From positions 291,029 through 355,028 of the forward strand of contig CALOBW010000030.1 in assembly GCA_942491525.1 (NCBI GenBank): a stretch of DNA of 64,000 bases, given 5' to 3'. The notes beneath the pieces are model-generated. The model saw only the letters and a program-made list of their open reading frames with translations. It was not told the origin of the DNA and did no database searches. Positions within the stretch are counted from its first letter, which is position 1, and each line of letters opens with the position of its first letter. This document shows, piece by piece, positions 36,896 through 46,196 of this stretch. A program made the position numbers and the translations under genes. Source of the DNA: an uncultured Thermodesulfobacteriota bacterium (GTDB taxonomy: Bacteria; Desulfobacterota; Desulfomonilia; UBA1062).

Positions 36896-37501
36896 ATGAA
36901 ATATACAATCTACTTTGCCGGCGCCCTCTTCTCGCACAAGGAGCTGGTCGGCAACCATCTGCTGGCCCGGGCCATTGAAAATGAATCATGATATCGCTGC
37001 ATCCTGCCCCAGAACCTGGAGCAGCTCTCAGAGCGCAGCGTCGACATCCGCAACACCGACCTCAAGGCGGTCATGGAGTGCGACCTCTGTATCTTCAACT
37101 TTGACGGCACAGAGCTCGACTCAGGCACGGTGGTGGAGTTCATGTTCGCCAAGCTGCTCGACATCCCGGCCGTGCTGCTGCGGACCGACTTCAGAGCCGG
37201 CGGCGACCAGGAGCATGACCAGTGGAACCTGATGTGCTCGGGCTACCCCAGATCGGAGAGCCTGATTATCAACGCCATGCAGGCCTACCACATCGATTTT
37301 ACCACCAAAGGAATAGAAGCCTATTATCAGAATCTGGCCGGGCCAGTTATAGAGGCCCTCGACAAGGTAAGATCATTGCCACCGGTACTCAAAGAGAACA
37401 TTGACGAGATCTACAACTGGGCCGTAAAGTTCCCGGGCAGCGGCCTGCAGGCCGACATTCCAGCCATTATTAAGCGCAAAAAATCTCAGGGGCTCCTATA
37501 G
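36896..37501 (+). pseudogene. Nucleoside 2-deoxyribosyltransferase-like gene interrupted by an in-frame TGA (codon 32)
   Basis: The ATG at 36896 gives MKYTIYFAGALFSHKELVGNHLLARAIENES, then TGA (36989-36991), then the same frame continues YRCILPQNLEQLSERSVDIRNTDLKAVMECDLCIFNFDGTELDSGTVVEFMFAKLLDIPAVLL.. to 37501. Both halves match the Nuc_deoxyrib_tr family (N-terminal MKxYFAGPxFS; DxxTxxExGxA core). Confidence 0.55.
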
Positions 37502-37849
37502 GGAGTTCAGAATCAGCTCATCCAGGCCCGGAATAGCTCCCAGATGCTCGGCCAGTCTGATTTTGACCTGCGGATAGACCGTCTCAGCGCCCCTGACCAG
37601 TTCAGGGATGTCGCGGCTGACATGGGTTCCCGGGGCCAGAAAGAATGGAAAAATGGTGATCGTATCTGCGCCGGCCTCAACCATGTGCTCGATCTGATCC
37701 GGCAGGCTCGGCCCGGCCAACTCAAGAAATGCAGCCGACACCAGGTCAAACTTTGAATTTTTAAGCAGGCGCACAGCCAGAGCCTCAACCTCCTGGTTGG
37801 ACTCCAGCCGCCGGCTGCCATGGGCCATAATGATCAGCGCCTGCATCAC
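37496..37849 (-). CDS. cbiX: Small sirohydrochlorin chelatase CbiX (CbiX-S)
   Basis: The start ALIIMAHGSRRLESNQEVEALA and the FPFFLAPGTHV block are diagnostic of CbiX. Its start overlaps the stop of the upstream gene by 4 nt. Confidence 0.8.
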   Translation of the reverse strand: MMQALIIMAHGSRRLESNQEVEALAVRLLKNSKFDLVSAAFLELAGPSLPDQIEHMVEAGADTITIFPFFLAPGTHVSRDIPELVRGAETVYPQVKIRLAEHLGAIPGLDELILNSL

Positions 37850-39486
37850 TTCTGCTCGGCGATGATCTCGGCAATCGCCTTATGGGTTTCAAGGTTATAG
37901 TTGGGATTGATCTTCTTGAGCTTGCCGCAGAATGCGCCCTCGGTGCAGTAGCCCAGGTTGCACTTGGGCTCGATCAGGAAGCTCAAGTGTGGCAGCTGCT
38001 CTTTCATCAGACAAGCCTTCTTCTCGGAGGAGGCCATGCGCTCGGGCTCGCACTCGGTGCAGAGGCGCAGGGGCATCTCCAGGCTGAGGGCGTTGATCAG
38101 GTCATAGCTCTCGAGGGTGCGCATGCGGATGTTGCGCGGCACGATGTAGAGGGCGTCGCGGGCATCAATGCCCTTGTCGACCAGCTTACCGTAGAAGCGG
38201 ATCTGACGGGCGGTGTGGTAGATATAGGCCTTGAGCATTTCGGGCTCGGCCTTGATCTTATTTTCGATGATGAAGGCCTCTTCAGCCTTAGCCAGAATTT
38301 TTTCGACATTCTCAATGTCGTCCCAGATCTCATTCACAATGCCCACGGCACGCGCGGCAGCGCTGTAGATGGACTCCACATGCTGCTTGAGGGTGGCGTG
38401 GCGTTTCTGCTCACTCCAGACGCGCCAGGAGATGGTGCTGGTGGTCTGGATATTGAGGGCCTCATTGTAGCGGCGGCAGAAGCTGGAGAGCAGGGCCCGG
38501 TTCTGCTGGGTGATGGCGTAGAGGTCGCGGCTGTCCTTATAATCCAAGGCCTTCCTGAAAGCCTGCTGCAGGCTGACCAACTCGTTTCTGGCGCTGTCGG
38601 GCAGGTCATCGATGATGCGCACGATGGCCGGATCGATAGGGTTGCCCAGTTTGTCATGCATGGATGAGGCGTAGTCGGCCTCGGGGGCGCGGAAGATGTT
38701 GTAGTGCAGATAGGTCTCACGCGGCACGGCCCGTCGCATGCGGTAGATCTGGCCCATGCCGACCTCCTCGACCAGATCGCTGATCTGGTCGGCAAAGAGG
38801 GCGAACTCCTCGGGCAGATAGGCTGTGCCGGCGCGCCGCTCGTCATCCACAGCCACGGCCAGGTTGACCAGCGAACCCAGCGGCACCAGATAGAAGAGGT
38901 CTGCCGGATCATTATAGGGTTTGAGCTTGTTGAAGGCCTGGATGGCGTCCACCCGGCGGCCGAAGCGCTCCTTGATGTCGCCGAAAAGCGTAAAGAGATC
39001 ATCGCTGATCTCGAGATATTCCTGGAACAGCTGAGAGTTGGAGCTGATGGAGCGCGGCACAACCAGCTCGGATGAGGTGGTGGCGCGACGGCGGCCGCTG
39101 GTGACCAGCGAACGCGAGAAGGCCACGCCGGTAAAGGCCGAGTCGATCATCTTGGTGCCGTTCATGCCCAGAGCCACCATGGCCAGGCCCTCCATGGAGT
39201 GGCCGCGGCCGATGCCGGTCATATTTTTACGGAAGACAGCGTCTTTGATATCCTTGCCGGACTCGCGAATCTTGACCAGCTCCTCGCTCAGCGAGGTCTG
39301 GTAATCAACCGAGCGGGCCACCGCCACCTGGATCAAGGCGACGATCTCGTCCGGACCTAAGAAGTCACGGCCCAGCGCCTCCCGGACACCGGCATCGCTG
39401 GCCGGCACCTGGGGCAGAAAACCCATTGTTTTTACTTTAAGATCCTGCGGCTCAATAAACGAACGTCCCTGATGCTCAAAAGACAT
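37846..39486 (-). CDS. Conserved hypothetical protein (546 aa) with a C-terminal Cys cluster, translationally coupled to cbiX
   Basis: A GGGGAG RBS is present. The protein has two loosely similar alpha/beta halves with weak, degenerate ThyX-like patches (QKRHATLKQHVESIY). The C-terminal cysteines are LRLCTECE...KACL...PKCNLGYCTEGAFCG. I cannot assign a family from sequence alone. Confidence 0.4.
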   Translation of the reverse strand: MSFEHQGRSFIEPQDLKVKTMGFLPQVPASDAGVREALGRDFLGPDEIVALIQVAVARSVDYQTSLSEELVKIRESGKDIKDAVFRKNMTGIGRGHSMEGLAMVALGMNGTKMIDSAFTGVAFSRSLVTSGRRRATTSSELVVPRSISSNSQLFQEYLEISDDLFTLFGDIKERFGRRVDAIQAFNKLKPYNDPADLFYLVPLGSLVNLAVAVDDERRAGTAYLPEEFALFADQISDLVEEVGMGQIYRMRRAVPRETYLHYNIFRAPEADYASSMHDKLGNPIDPAIVRIIDDLPDSARNELVSLQQAFRKALDYKDSRDLYAITQQNRALLSSFCRRYNEALNIQTTSTISWRVWSEQKRHATLKQHVESIYSAAARAVGIVNEIWDDIENVEKILAKAEEAFIIENKIKAEPEMLKAYIYHTARQIRFYGKLVDKGIDARDALYIVPRNIRMRTLESYDLINALSLEMPLRLCTECEPERMASSEKKACLMKEQLPHLSFLIEPKCNLGYCTEGAFCGKLKKINPNYNLETHKAIAEIIAEQK

Positions 39487-39559
39487 AAAATCTCCCCCGA
39501 AATGTTATTGGGGGAGATAATCACACTTTAGACGCCCGCTGTCAAAAAGTTCTTGCAGA

Positions 39560-40153
39560 TCAGTTGGCGAAAGCCTCCTGCAGATGCAGAATTTCAGCCA
39601 GCTCGAGCTGCGCCTTCTCGCGCGCCTCATAGGCCATGATGAAGGAGCCCTTGCTGGAATCCTCCTGGAAATTCATGAAGGCCCTGAACCACCACTGCTC
39701 GCGCCGGGCCTCATCATTGGTCCAGTTCTCATACTCGATCCGATAGAGGGCCACAAAAACACCGGTGCGGCCGATGCCGTGACGGCAGTGAATCAGCACC
39801 GGGTAGGACTCGGGACGATCCATGACATCCAGAAACTTCTCAACCCAGTGCATGTCGGGCACCTGTTCAGTCGGCAGGTGCACATGGTTGACCCCCAGAC
39901 TCTCCAAGACCTCCTTCTCCGGCAACACATCTTCAATGGTATTGCGGAAATCGATCACGGTGCGGATGCCCCTCTTCTCAATAACATCGGGCAGAACTTC
40001 CGGTGGAATGGCGGCCGAACGATAGACCCGGCCGCTGTCGACGGTGTGGAACTTATAGGTTCCTAACCAGCTGATATATGAACCGGTCAGACAGATAAAA
40101 AAGATGCCGACAATAATTGATATACTACGGGATAACGAATGTTTTTTTTCCAT
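39560..40153 (-). CDS. Membrane-anchored dual-specificity/tyrosine protein phosphatase
   Basis: An N-terminal TM helix is followed by the CX5R P-loop HCRHGIGRTG. Confidence 0.7.
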   Translation of the reverse strand: MEKKHSLSRSISIIVGIFFICLTGSYISWLGTYKFHTVDSGRVYRSAAIPPEVLPDVIEKRGIRTVIDFRNTIEDVLPEKEVLESLGVNHVHLPTEQVPDMHWVEKFLDVMDRPESYPVLIHCRHGIGRTGVFVALYRIEYENWTNDEARREQWWFRAFMNFQEDSSKGSFIMAYEAREKAQLELAEILHLQEAFAN

Positions 40154-40393
40154 TTCTTACCTCGTGGTGACTTGCATACTGAGATGAGGGTTTGTTTTGA
40201 ATAAAGGCGGGATAAAATTAAGAACAAGAGCATGACAGAATCACAAAAACATCAACCCAACAACTTCTTATGCCACACTCCTTTTTTTAACCAAAATTTA
40301 AAATACCAAACAACGTTTAAAACAGATAACACATCCGGTCCGATAACACAAACAGACCTTTTACCAGCCGTTAATTGGTGCTATGGGCAGACT

Positions 40394-41338
40394 ATGCAGA
40401 ACAGAAAGATACGGGGCCGCTTCGCCCCCAGCCCTACCGGCTACATGCATCTGGGCAACGCCTTCGCGGCCCTGATGTGCTGGCTGGGCGCCCGCAGCGC
40501 TGGCGGCGAAGTTATCCTGCGCATTGAAGATATCGACCCCTCCCGGGCCCGCCCGGAGTTCTATCCGGCCATCCTGGACGATCTGAAGTGGCTGGGGCTG
40601 GACTGGGATGAGGGCCCCTACACCCAGGGCCAACGTCTCAAGCTATACAATCAGGCTCTCTCAGATCTGGAGCCTCACACCTACCCCTGCTACTGCAGCC
40701 GCAAAGATCTGCAGCAGGCAGCCCGGCGCAATGCCGGTTTCAGCTACCCCGGCCTTTGCCGCAATCTTACCGCCGAGGAACGCCGCCAGAAAGCCATATC
40801 CGGCCGCAAACCAGCCACCCGCCTGACACTCCCGGATCAGACGGTCAACTTCAGTGACCTGATCCTGGGAGAAGTACAGCTGGACACCAGAGAGCTGGGC
40901 GGAGATTTCACGGTGCGTCGCTCAGACAATATCTTCGCCTACCAGCTGGCCGTGGTGGTGGACGATATCGCCATGGGCATCAATCAGGTAGTGCGCGGCG
41001 CCGATATTCTGGAGTCCACGCCGCGGCAGCTCAGGCTCTACGAACTACTGGGTGAAGAACCGCCGACCTATGCCCATGTTCCGCTGCTGGTGGATGAAGA
41101 TGGCAAGAAACTTTCCAAGAGTCACCAATCACTGGAGCTGATGCGCCTGCGGGAGGCCGGCGTCCGGCCGCAAAAAATTGTGGGCTACCTGGCGTACAGA
41201 GCGGGGCTGATCGATCAGCTGCAACCAATCACCCCGGTCGCCCTGCTCAAAGATTTCAGTTTCAAGCGCCTGCATCAAAATGAGATCATGGTGGAAAACA
41301 ACATTGAGCAGTTACTGCTTAACCAGATCTCCAGCTGA
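40394..41338 (+). CDS. gluQ: tRNA glutamyl-Q(34) synthetase (GluQRS)
   Basis: It has the class-I aaRS HIGH motif (RFAPSPTGYMHLGN), the truncated GluRS catalytic domain and the zinc motif PCYCSRKD, and lacks an anticodon-binding domain. The start is MQNRKIRGRF; the longer one in the ORF track is unlikely. Confidence 0.8.
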   Translation: MQNRKIRGRFAPSPTGYMHLGNAFAALMCWLGARSAGGEVILRIEDIDPSRARPEFYPAILDDLKWLGLDWDEGPYTQGQRLKLYNQALSDLEPHTYPCYCSRKDLQQAARRNAGFSYPGLCRNLTAEERRQKAISGRKPATRLTLPDQTVNFSDLILGEVQLDTRELGGDFTVRRSDNIFAYQLAVVVDDIAMGINQVVRGADILESTPRQLRLYELLGEEPPTYAHVPLLVDEDGKKLSKSHQSLELMRLREAGVRPQKIVGYLAYRAGLIDQLQPITPVALLKDFSFKRLHQNEIMVENNIEQLLLNQISS

Positions 41339-42274
41339 CTGAGTGTTGCCACTCTTCAGAGAGTTAAGCTTTCTTTCGATATCATCCAGAACCAGCTGGG
41401 CCCCCCTGTCACTCAGATGTCCATCAGAATATGAACTCAAATCCTGAGTGATGTAGTAATACTCCGGCGTATTCATATCCCAAACAAGATCTTCCGCAGA
41501 GAAAAGTTTGTTAATCTCGCTCTGGTAATACTCCCAGGCACCGGTCGCCTGATACTCCTGCTGCCACTCATGATAAATCGGGTAGTAGTAGGCCAGAACC
41601 TGCACATCCCGCTTATGAGCCAGCTCCACAATGCGCTTCAGATCAGAAGAGGCGGTCTGATCCACTACGATTGTACTGTACGGTTTGGACTTATGGGTCT
41701 CAACGACTTCAGCAAAGACTACTCCGTGCTTCTCCATATTATCATCACTATATCCCCACTCGCTGGAGTGAAAGATATCTAAATAAGGTTTATCAATAGC
41801 CCGCTTCTTATATTTGTTAACATGCTGGTAAGGGAACATACTGAAAACACTCAACCAATACTCAACAGGCTTAATTTGAGACGTTTTGCAGCCACTGTCC
41901 CGGGTAGTCAGCGGATAGAGACATAAGATTAAATACTTCATATTGCCGCGATTAATCGCCTGTTCAACAGCATAGCGCAATTCAGTTGCATTGGCCCCGC
42001 GCATAGACAGATTATAAATCTTATATCCATCCAGAGCGCGAGTATCCATATTATCGGATACAGATGAACCAGCAACGATGCCTTCAAAATTATCAGGAAT
42101 ATATCTATACGCATGCAGATATTTAGTTGTCCGTTCAACCTGGGTACCCCAAATCCGGACATCATCACGCCCAAAGAGGCCGAACTCATCCACATAGACA
42201 TTGACACAGACCGTCACAACTACGATCAACAACATAAACAGGGCTGTACTAAAAACAAATCTTTTAGAAGTCAT
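41312..42274 (-). CDS. MBOAT-partner protein (DltD/AlgJ-like, membrane-anchored periplasmic)
   Basis: An N-terminal TM helix is followed by a ~290-aa domain. The gene is low-GC and overlaps the MBOAT gene by 11 nt, the usual arrangement for DltB-DltD-like pairs. Confidence 0.45.
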   Translation of the reverse strand: MTSKRFVFSTALFMLLIVVVTVCVNVYVDEFGLFGRDDVRIWGTQVERTTKYLHAYRYIPDNFEGIVAGSSVSDNMDTRALDGYKIYNLSMRGANATELRYAVEQAINRGNMKYLILCLYPLTTRDSGCKTSQIKPVEYWLSVFSMFPYQHVNKYKKRAIDKPYLDIFHSSEWGYSDDNMEKHGVVFAEVVETHKSKPYSTIVVDQTASSDLKRIVELAHKRDVQVLAYYYPIYHEWQQEYQATGAWEYYQSEINKLFSAEDLVWDMNTPEYYYITQDLSSYSDGHLSDRGAQLVLDDIERKLNSLKSGNTQSAGDLVKQ

Positions 42275-43832
42275 AATACAAGAACTCCGTCGTCTGCATG
42301 CTCAACATGAAATGCATGCTGAACCAGATCAGCAGGGCCAGGATTGAAGCGTTGAGATAACTGAACTTAAACCGCAGGCGGCTCTCCTTAGCCGGCACCA
42401 GATCCTTGCGGTCAAAACCAAGCGCCGGCTTAAAGTCACGCATGATTTCCTGGGTATTGGGCATATGCCAGGCGATAATCCAGAGAACGACAAAGAAGAG
42501 GACCACCCGGGTGCCCTTGAAATACTGAAGCTCGCCGGCCACAACCAGACCGGCCGCAGTTAACATTTCGCCCAAGCCGCCAAGACTGGCCAGGAAATCC
42601 GGCGTGAAAACCATCCCGTTCAGCCCCAGCATGGCCTGAACCATGACCAGAGCGCCATCCAGGCTCTCGGCCCTGAAGAAGACCCAGGCCAGCACCACCG
42701 CCATAAAGGTCAGCATGCGGGCCGCAAAACTGCTCTGCAGACTCAGGCCGACGGCCTCCTTAAAGGCTCGATAGCCGTGATTGATCACCAGATAGGTGCC
42801 GTGCAGAGCGCCCCAGATCACAAAGGTCCAGCCGGCGCCGTGCCAGAGACCGCCCAGCAGCATGGTAATCATCAGATTGACATACTTGCGCGGCTTGCCC
42901 TTGCGGTTGCCGCCCAGCGGAATGTAGAGATAGTCGCGCAGGAAGGTTGAGAGGGTGATGTGCCAGCGCTTCCAAAAATCGATGATGCTGGTGGCCTTGT
43001 AGGGCGAGTAGAAGTTCTGCGGCAGGGTTATGCCGAACATGCGGCCCAGGCCGATTGCCATATCCGAATAGCCCGAAAAATCAAAGTAGATCTGGAAGGT
43101 GTAGGCCAGAGCACCGCCCCAGGCCTCAATAAAGGTCAGGGTCTCGCCAAGCTCGGCCGCGGCAAAGGCCGGTTTGGCAAAATCAGCCACCCCGTCGGCA
43201 ATCCAGATCTTCTTGATCAGACCGATCAGGAAGATAACCGTGCCGATGGAGATGTTCTCATAGCTGAAGCGCCGCTTCTCGGCAAACTGAGGCAACATAT
43301 CCTTGTGGTGCACGATGGGGCCGGCCACCAACTGCGGGAAGAAAGTCACAAAGAGCGCATAGTGCAGGAAGTTGTACTCCTTGGTCTCGCCGCGATAGGT
43401 ATCAACCAGAAACGATATCTGCTGGAAGGTAAAGAACGAGATGGCCAGCGGCAGGATAATCTTCTCCAGGTTGTAGCTGCTGCCAAAGACCCAGTTGATG
43501 TTATCCACAAAGAAGTTGGCAAACTTATAATACCCCAGCAGGAAGAGGTTAAGCGTGATGCCGAAGGTAAGCAGACCTTTACGCACCGCCGGACGATCAT
43601 GAAGCTTAGCCGAACCGCCGTCATGAAGCAGGCGCCCAAGGCTGTAGTTGAAGATAACCGAACCGATAATCAGCCAGAGGTAGACCGGGTTCCACCAGCC
43701 GTAATAGACCAGCGAAGCGCCCACCAGCCAGAGGATGGCGCTCTTATGGAAACCGCGCCCACCGATCAGATAGTAGCCCAGCAGGGTAACCGGCAGAAAG
43801 ACCAGAATAAAAATAAAGGAATTAAAAAGCAT
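42264..43832 (-). CDS. MBOAT-family membrane O-acyltransferase (AlgI/DltB-like)
   Basis: The start MLFNSFIFILVFLPVTLLGYY, the conserved His region (WRRWHITL, with the catalytic H in LWHGAGW), and about 11 TM helices fit the family. GC is lower than in the flanks. Confidence 0.85.
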   Translation of the reverse strand: MLFNSFIFILVFLPVTLLGYYLIGGRGFHKSAILWLVGASLVYYGWWNPVYLWLIIGSVIFNYSLGRLLHDGGSAKLHDRPAVRKGLLTFGITLNLFLLGYYKFANFFVDNINWVFGSSYNLEKIILPLAISFFTFQQISFLVDTYRGETKEYNFLHYALFVTFFPQLVAGPIVHHKDMLPQFAEKRRFSYENISIGTVIFLIGLIKKIWIADGVADFAKPAFAAAELGETLTFIEAWGGALAYTFQIYFDFSGYSDMAIGLGRMFGITLPQNFYSPYKATSIIDFWKRWHITLSTFLRDYLYIPLGGNRKGKPRKYVNLMITMLLGGLWHGAGWTFVIWGALHGTYLVINHGYRAFKEAVGLSLQSSFAARMLTFMAVVLAWVFFRAESLDGALVMVQAMLGLNGMVFTPDFLASLGGLGEMLTAAGLVVAGELQYFKGTRVVLFFVVLWIIAWHMPNTQEIMRDFKPALGFDRKDLVPAKESRLRFKFSYLNASILALLIWFSMHFMLSMQTTEFLYYDF

Positions 43833-43833
43833 A

Positions 43834-44040
43834 TTACTGTTCGCTTATCTGACGGATCTCGTCGCGGTTGATGCTGCGCAGCTTGCCGTCCCCGTCCTTA
43901 AACTCATAGAACTCGGTGGTCTCATTGTAGCGGACCTCCTGGGCCTGGATAACGGTTCCATCCTTGAGCTCAATCAGCTGCAGTTTAGCTGCACAACCGG
44001 TCATTATCAGGATTGAGATAAATAGCAAAAACTTCTTCAT
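43834..44040 (-). CDS. YgdI/YgdR-family small lipoprotein (DUF903)
   Basis: MKKFLLFISILIMTGC (lipobox) is followed by ..LKDGTVIQAQE..YEFKDGDGKL.., the family pattern. A GGAG RBS is present. Its stop is 2 nt after the MBOAT start region. Confidence 0.6.
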   Translation of the reverse strand: MKKFLLFISILIMTGCAAKLQLIELKDGTVIQAQEVRYNETTEFYEFKDGDGKLRSINRDEIRQISEQ

Positions 44041-44186
44041 AACCATCTCCAATTAATCTGCGCCTCAAGCGTTAAGTGACGCAGTCCATGCCATAGCAAA
44101 ATATTCAGCGGAGATCTAACATAATCATCACTCAAACATACAAATTTTGCAGAGACTCAACCAAGCAGGCGTGCTAAATATCAGCT

Positions 44187-44780
44187 ATGCAGCACCTTAG
44201 CGCAATATTCCTGTTTGCCCTGAGCACCTCCATTACGCCGGGGCCCAACAACATCATGGTCATGACCTCCGGCCTCAACCACGGTCTGCGCAAGACCACG
44301 CCCCACTATCTGGGCATCTGTCTGGGTTTCCCGGCCATGGTGCTGGCCATCGGCCTCGGACTGGGCGCCATCTTCATGCAGCTGCCCATGCTGCATAAGA
44401 TCATCAAAATTGTCGGCATCGGCTACCTGCTCTACCTGGCCTGGCTGATCGCCAAGACCAAGCCCGAGCTGGCAGAAAGCGGCAAACCGCTGAGCTTCAT
44501 GCAGGCCGTGCTCTTCCAGTGGGTCAACCCCAAGGCCTGGATCATGGCCATGGGCGCGGTGGCCACCTACACCAGCCTGGACGGCAACATTCTAACTGAA
44601 GTCGCCATCATCACCGGCATCTATCTGCTGGTGCTCTTCCCGGCCGTCGGCAGCTGGTTCCTCTGCGGCTCGCGCCTGCAGCTGCTGATCAAGAGCCCGC
44701 GCCAGCAGCGAGCCTTCAACATCTGCATGGCCCTGCTGCTGGTAAGCTCGGTGCTGCCGATGCTCAGGAGCCAGTTTTAG
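44187..44780 (+). CDS. LysE/RhtB-family amino-acid exporter
   Basis: The signature TPGPNN and six TM helices fit the family. Confidence 0.8.
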   Translation: MQHLSAIFLFALSTSITPGPNNIMVMTSGLNHGLRKTTPHYLGICLGFPAMVLAIGLGLGAIFMQLPMLHKIIKIVGIGYLLYLAWLIAKTKPELAESGKPLSFMQAVLFQWVNPKAWIMAMGAVATYTSLDGNILTEVAIITGIYLLVLFPAVGSWFLCGSRLQLLIKSPRQQRAFNICMALLLVSSVLPMLRSQF

Positions 44781-46194
44781 GCAGACCCATGGCCCACTCG
44801 GCGACGGCCTGCGTGCTGACCCTGATGTTGCCCACCACGGCCGCGCCGCCCACACAGCCGCCTTCGCAGGCCATGACCTCCAGCAGGTTGCCGGGACACT
44901 TACCCCTGGCGTAGGCCTTCAAGATCTTCATCTTCTTGGAATCCAGGCCGTCCATCTGCACCGCATTGACGGTCGTCAGACTGGCCACGGCTGCGGCCAC
45001 CCCGCCGGCCACGGCAAAGCCGCGCGCCTCGGCTGATGGCAGAGTGGAGGGTATGAGCCCAGTGCAGGCCTCAACCTCGATGCCGGCAGCCACCAGCATG
45101 GCCCCCAGCTCCTCAAAGGTCAGCACATAACTAATTTCCGGATCAGCCATGCCCTCCTGGCGCTTAGCCACACAGGGCCCAATGAAGACCGTCACCGCAT
45201 CACTCTGTTCGGCTTTCACCAGAGACGCCGTATAGTGCATGGGGCTTGGCGTGGATGAAACGTAATCTTCAAGCTCGGGCAGATGCTTCCTGACCGCCTG
45301 CACATAGGCCGGGCAGCAGGAGGTGGTCAGAAAGGCCTGGCCCTCTGCCATCTTCTCGGCATGCTCGGCCGCCTCATGTTGGGCGGTCAAATCGGCGCCC
45401 AGAGCCACCTCAATCACCGATGAAAATCCCAGCTTAACAAGAGCCTCCATGATCTGCTCCAGTCTGCCCGGAAACTGACCGGCCACCGAGGGCGCCAGCA
45501 TGGCCACCACCGGTCTATCCTGCTGCATGCGCTCGAGCACATCGATCATCTGAGAGCGCTCCATAACCGCGCCGAAGGGGCAGTTGCGCATGCAGCGGCC
45601 GCAGCCGATACAGGCCTCGAAGTCGATCTCGGCCTTGCCGCCCGCATTCTTCTTGATGGCGTCCACCGGGCAGGCCTCCTCACAGGGCACCGGAATGTGG
45701 GTGATGACATGATAGGGACAGCTCTTGGCGCACTTGCCGCAGTTGCGGCACTTACCTGAGTCGATGTGGGAACGTCCATTGTCGAAGTGAATCGCGCCGA
45801 AGGGGCAGTTCTCCATGCAGGAGCGCGCCGTGCAGCCCTGGCAGGCCTCGGTCACCAGGTAGCGGCTGTCGACACAGCCCTTGCAGGCGATATCCAGCAC
45901 GGTCAGAATGTTGCCGCTCGGCTGCTTGCGTTCAAGGGCCGCCTCGGCATAGGTGCTGAGGGGCGTGAAGTCGTCGACCTCGTCCTCCACTGCGGCGCCC
46001 AGGCCGGCCATGCAGCGATAGCGCAGAACAGCGCGGTCCTTGTAGAGGCAGCAGCGGAAACTCTCGCCGTTCTTGGGGCGCATCTCATAGGGAATGCGCT
46101 CGACGCCTGCGACTAGATTGCCCTCCATGTGGGCGCGGGCCAGGCGGATCAGAACTTCACGGCGCAGACGGGTGGCATTGTTGTGGGTCTGCAT
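44764..46194 (-). CDS. [FeFe]-hydrogenase-like protein (H-cluster domain with two N-terminal 2x[4Fe-4S] ferredoxin modules)
   Basis: H-cluster motifs are present in variant form: L1 TSCCPAYV, L2 GPCVAKRQE, L3 EVMACEGGCVGG. Four CxxCxxCxxxCP motifs lie upstream. Confidence 0.75.
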   Translation of the reverse strand: MQTHNNATRLRREVLIRLARAHMEGNLVAGVERIPYEMRPKNGESFRCCLYKDRAVLRYRCMAGLGAAVEDEVDDFTPLSTYAEAALERKQPSGNILTVLDIACKGCVDSRYLVTEACQGCTARSCMENCPFGAIHFDNGRSHIDSGKCRNCGKCAKSCPYHVITHIPVPCEEACPVDAIKKNAGGKAEIDFEACIGCGRCMRNCPFGAVMERSQMIDVLERMQQDRPVVAMLAPSVAGQFPGRLEQIMEALVKLGFSSVIEVALGADLTAQHEAAEHAEKMAEGQAFLTTSCCPAYVQAVRKHLPELEDYVSSTPSPMHYTASLVKAEQSDAVTVFIGPCVAKRQEGMADPEISYVLTFEELGAMLVAAGIEVEACTGLIPSTLPSAEARGFAVAGGVAAAVASLTTVNAVQMDGLDSKKMKILKAYARGKCPGNLLEVMACEGGCVGGAAVVGNIRVSTQAVAEWAMGLPKTGS

Positions 46195-46196
46195 GG

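Noticed and set aside
36989-36991. Reading the in-frame TGA as selenocysteine
   Set aside because: I did not adopt this as the primary call. No Sec-containing member of this enzyme family is known to me, and the downstream hairpin is short and imperfect. I kept it as a low-probability alternative in the findings.
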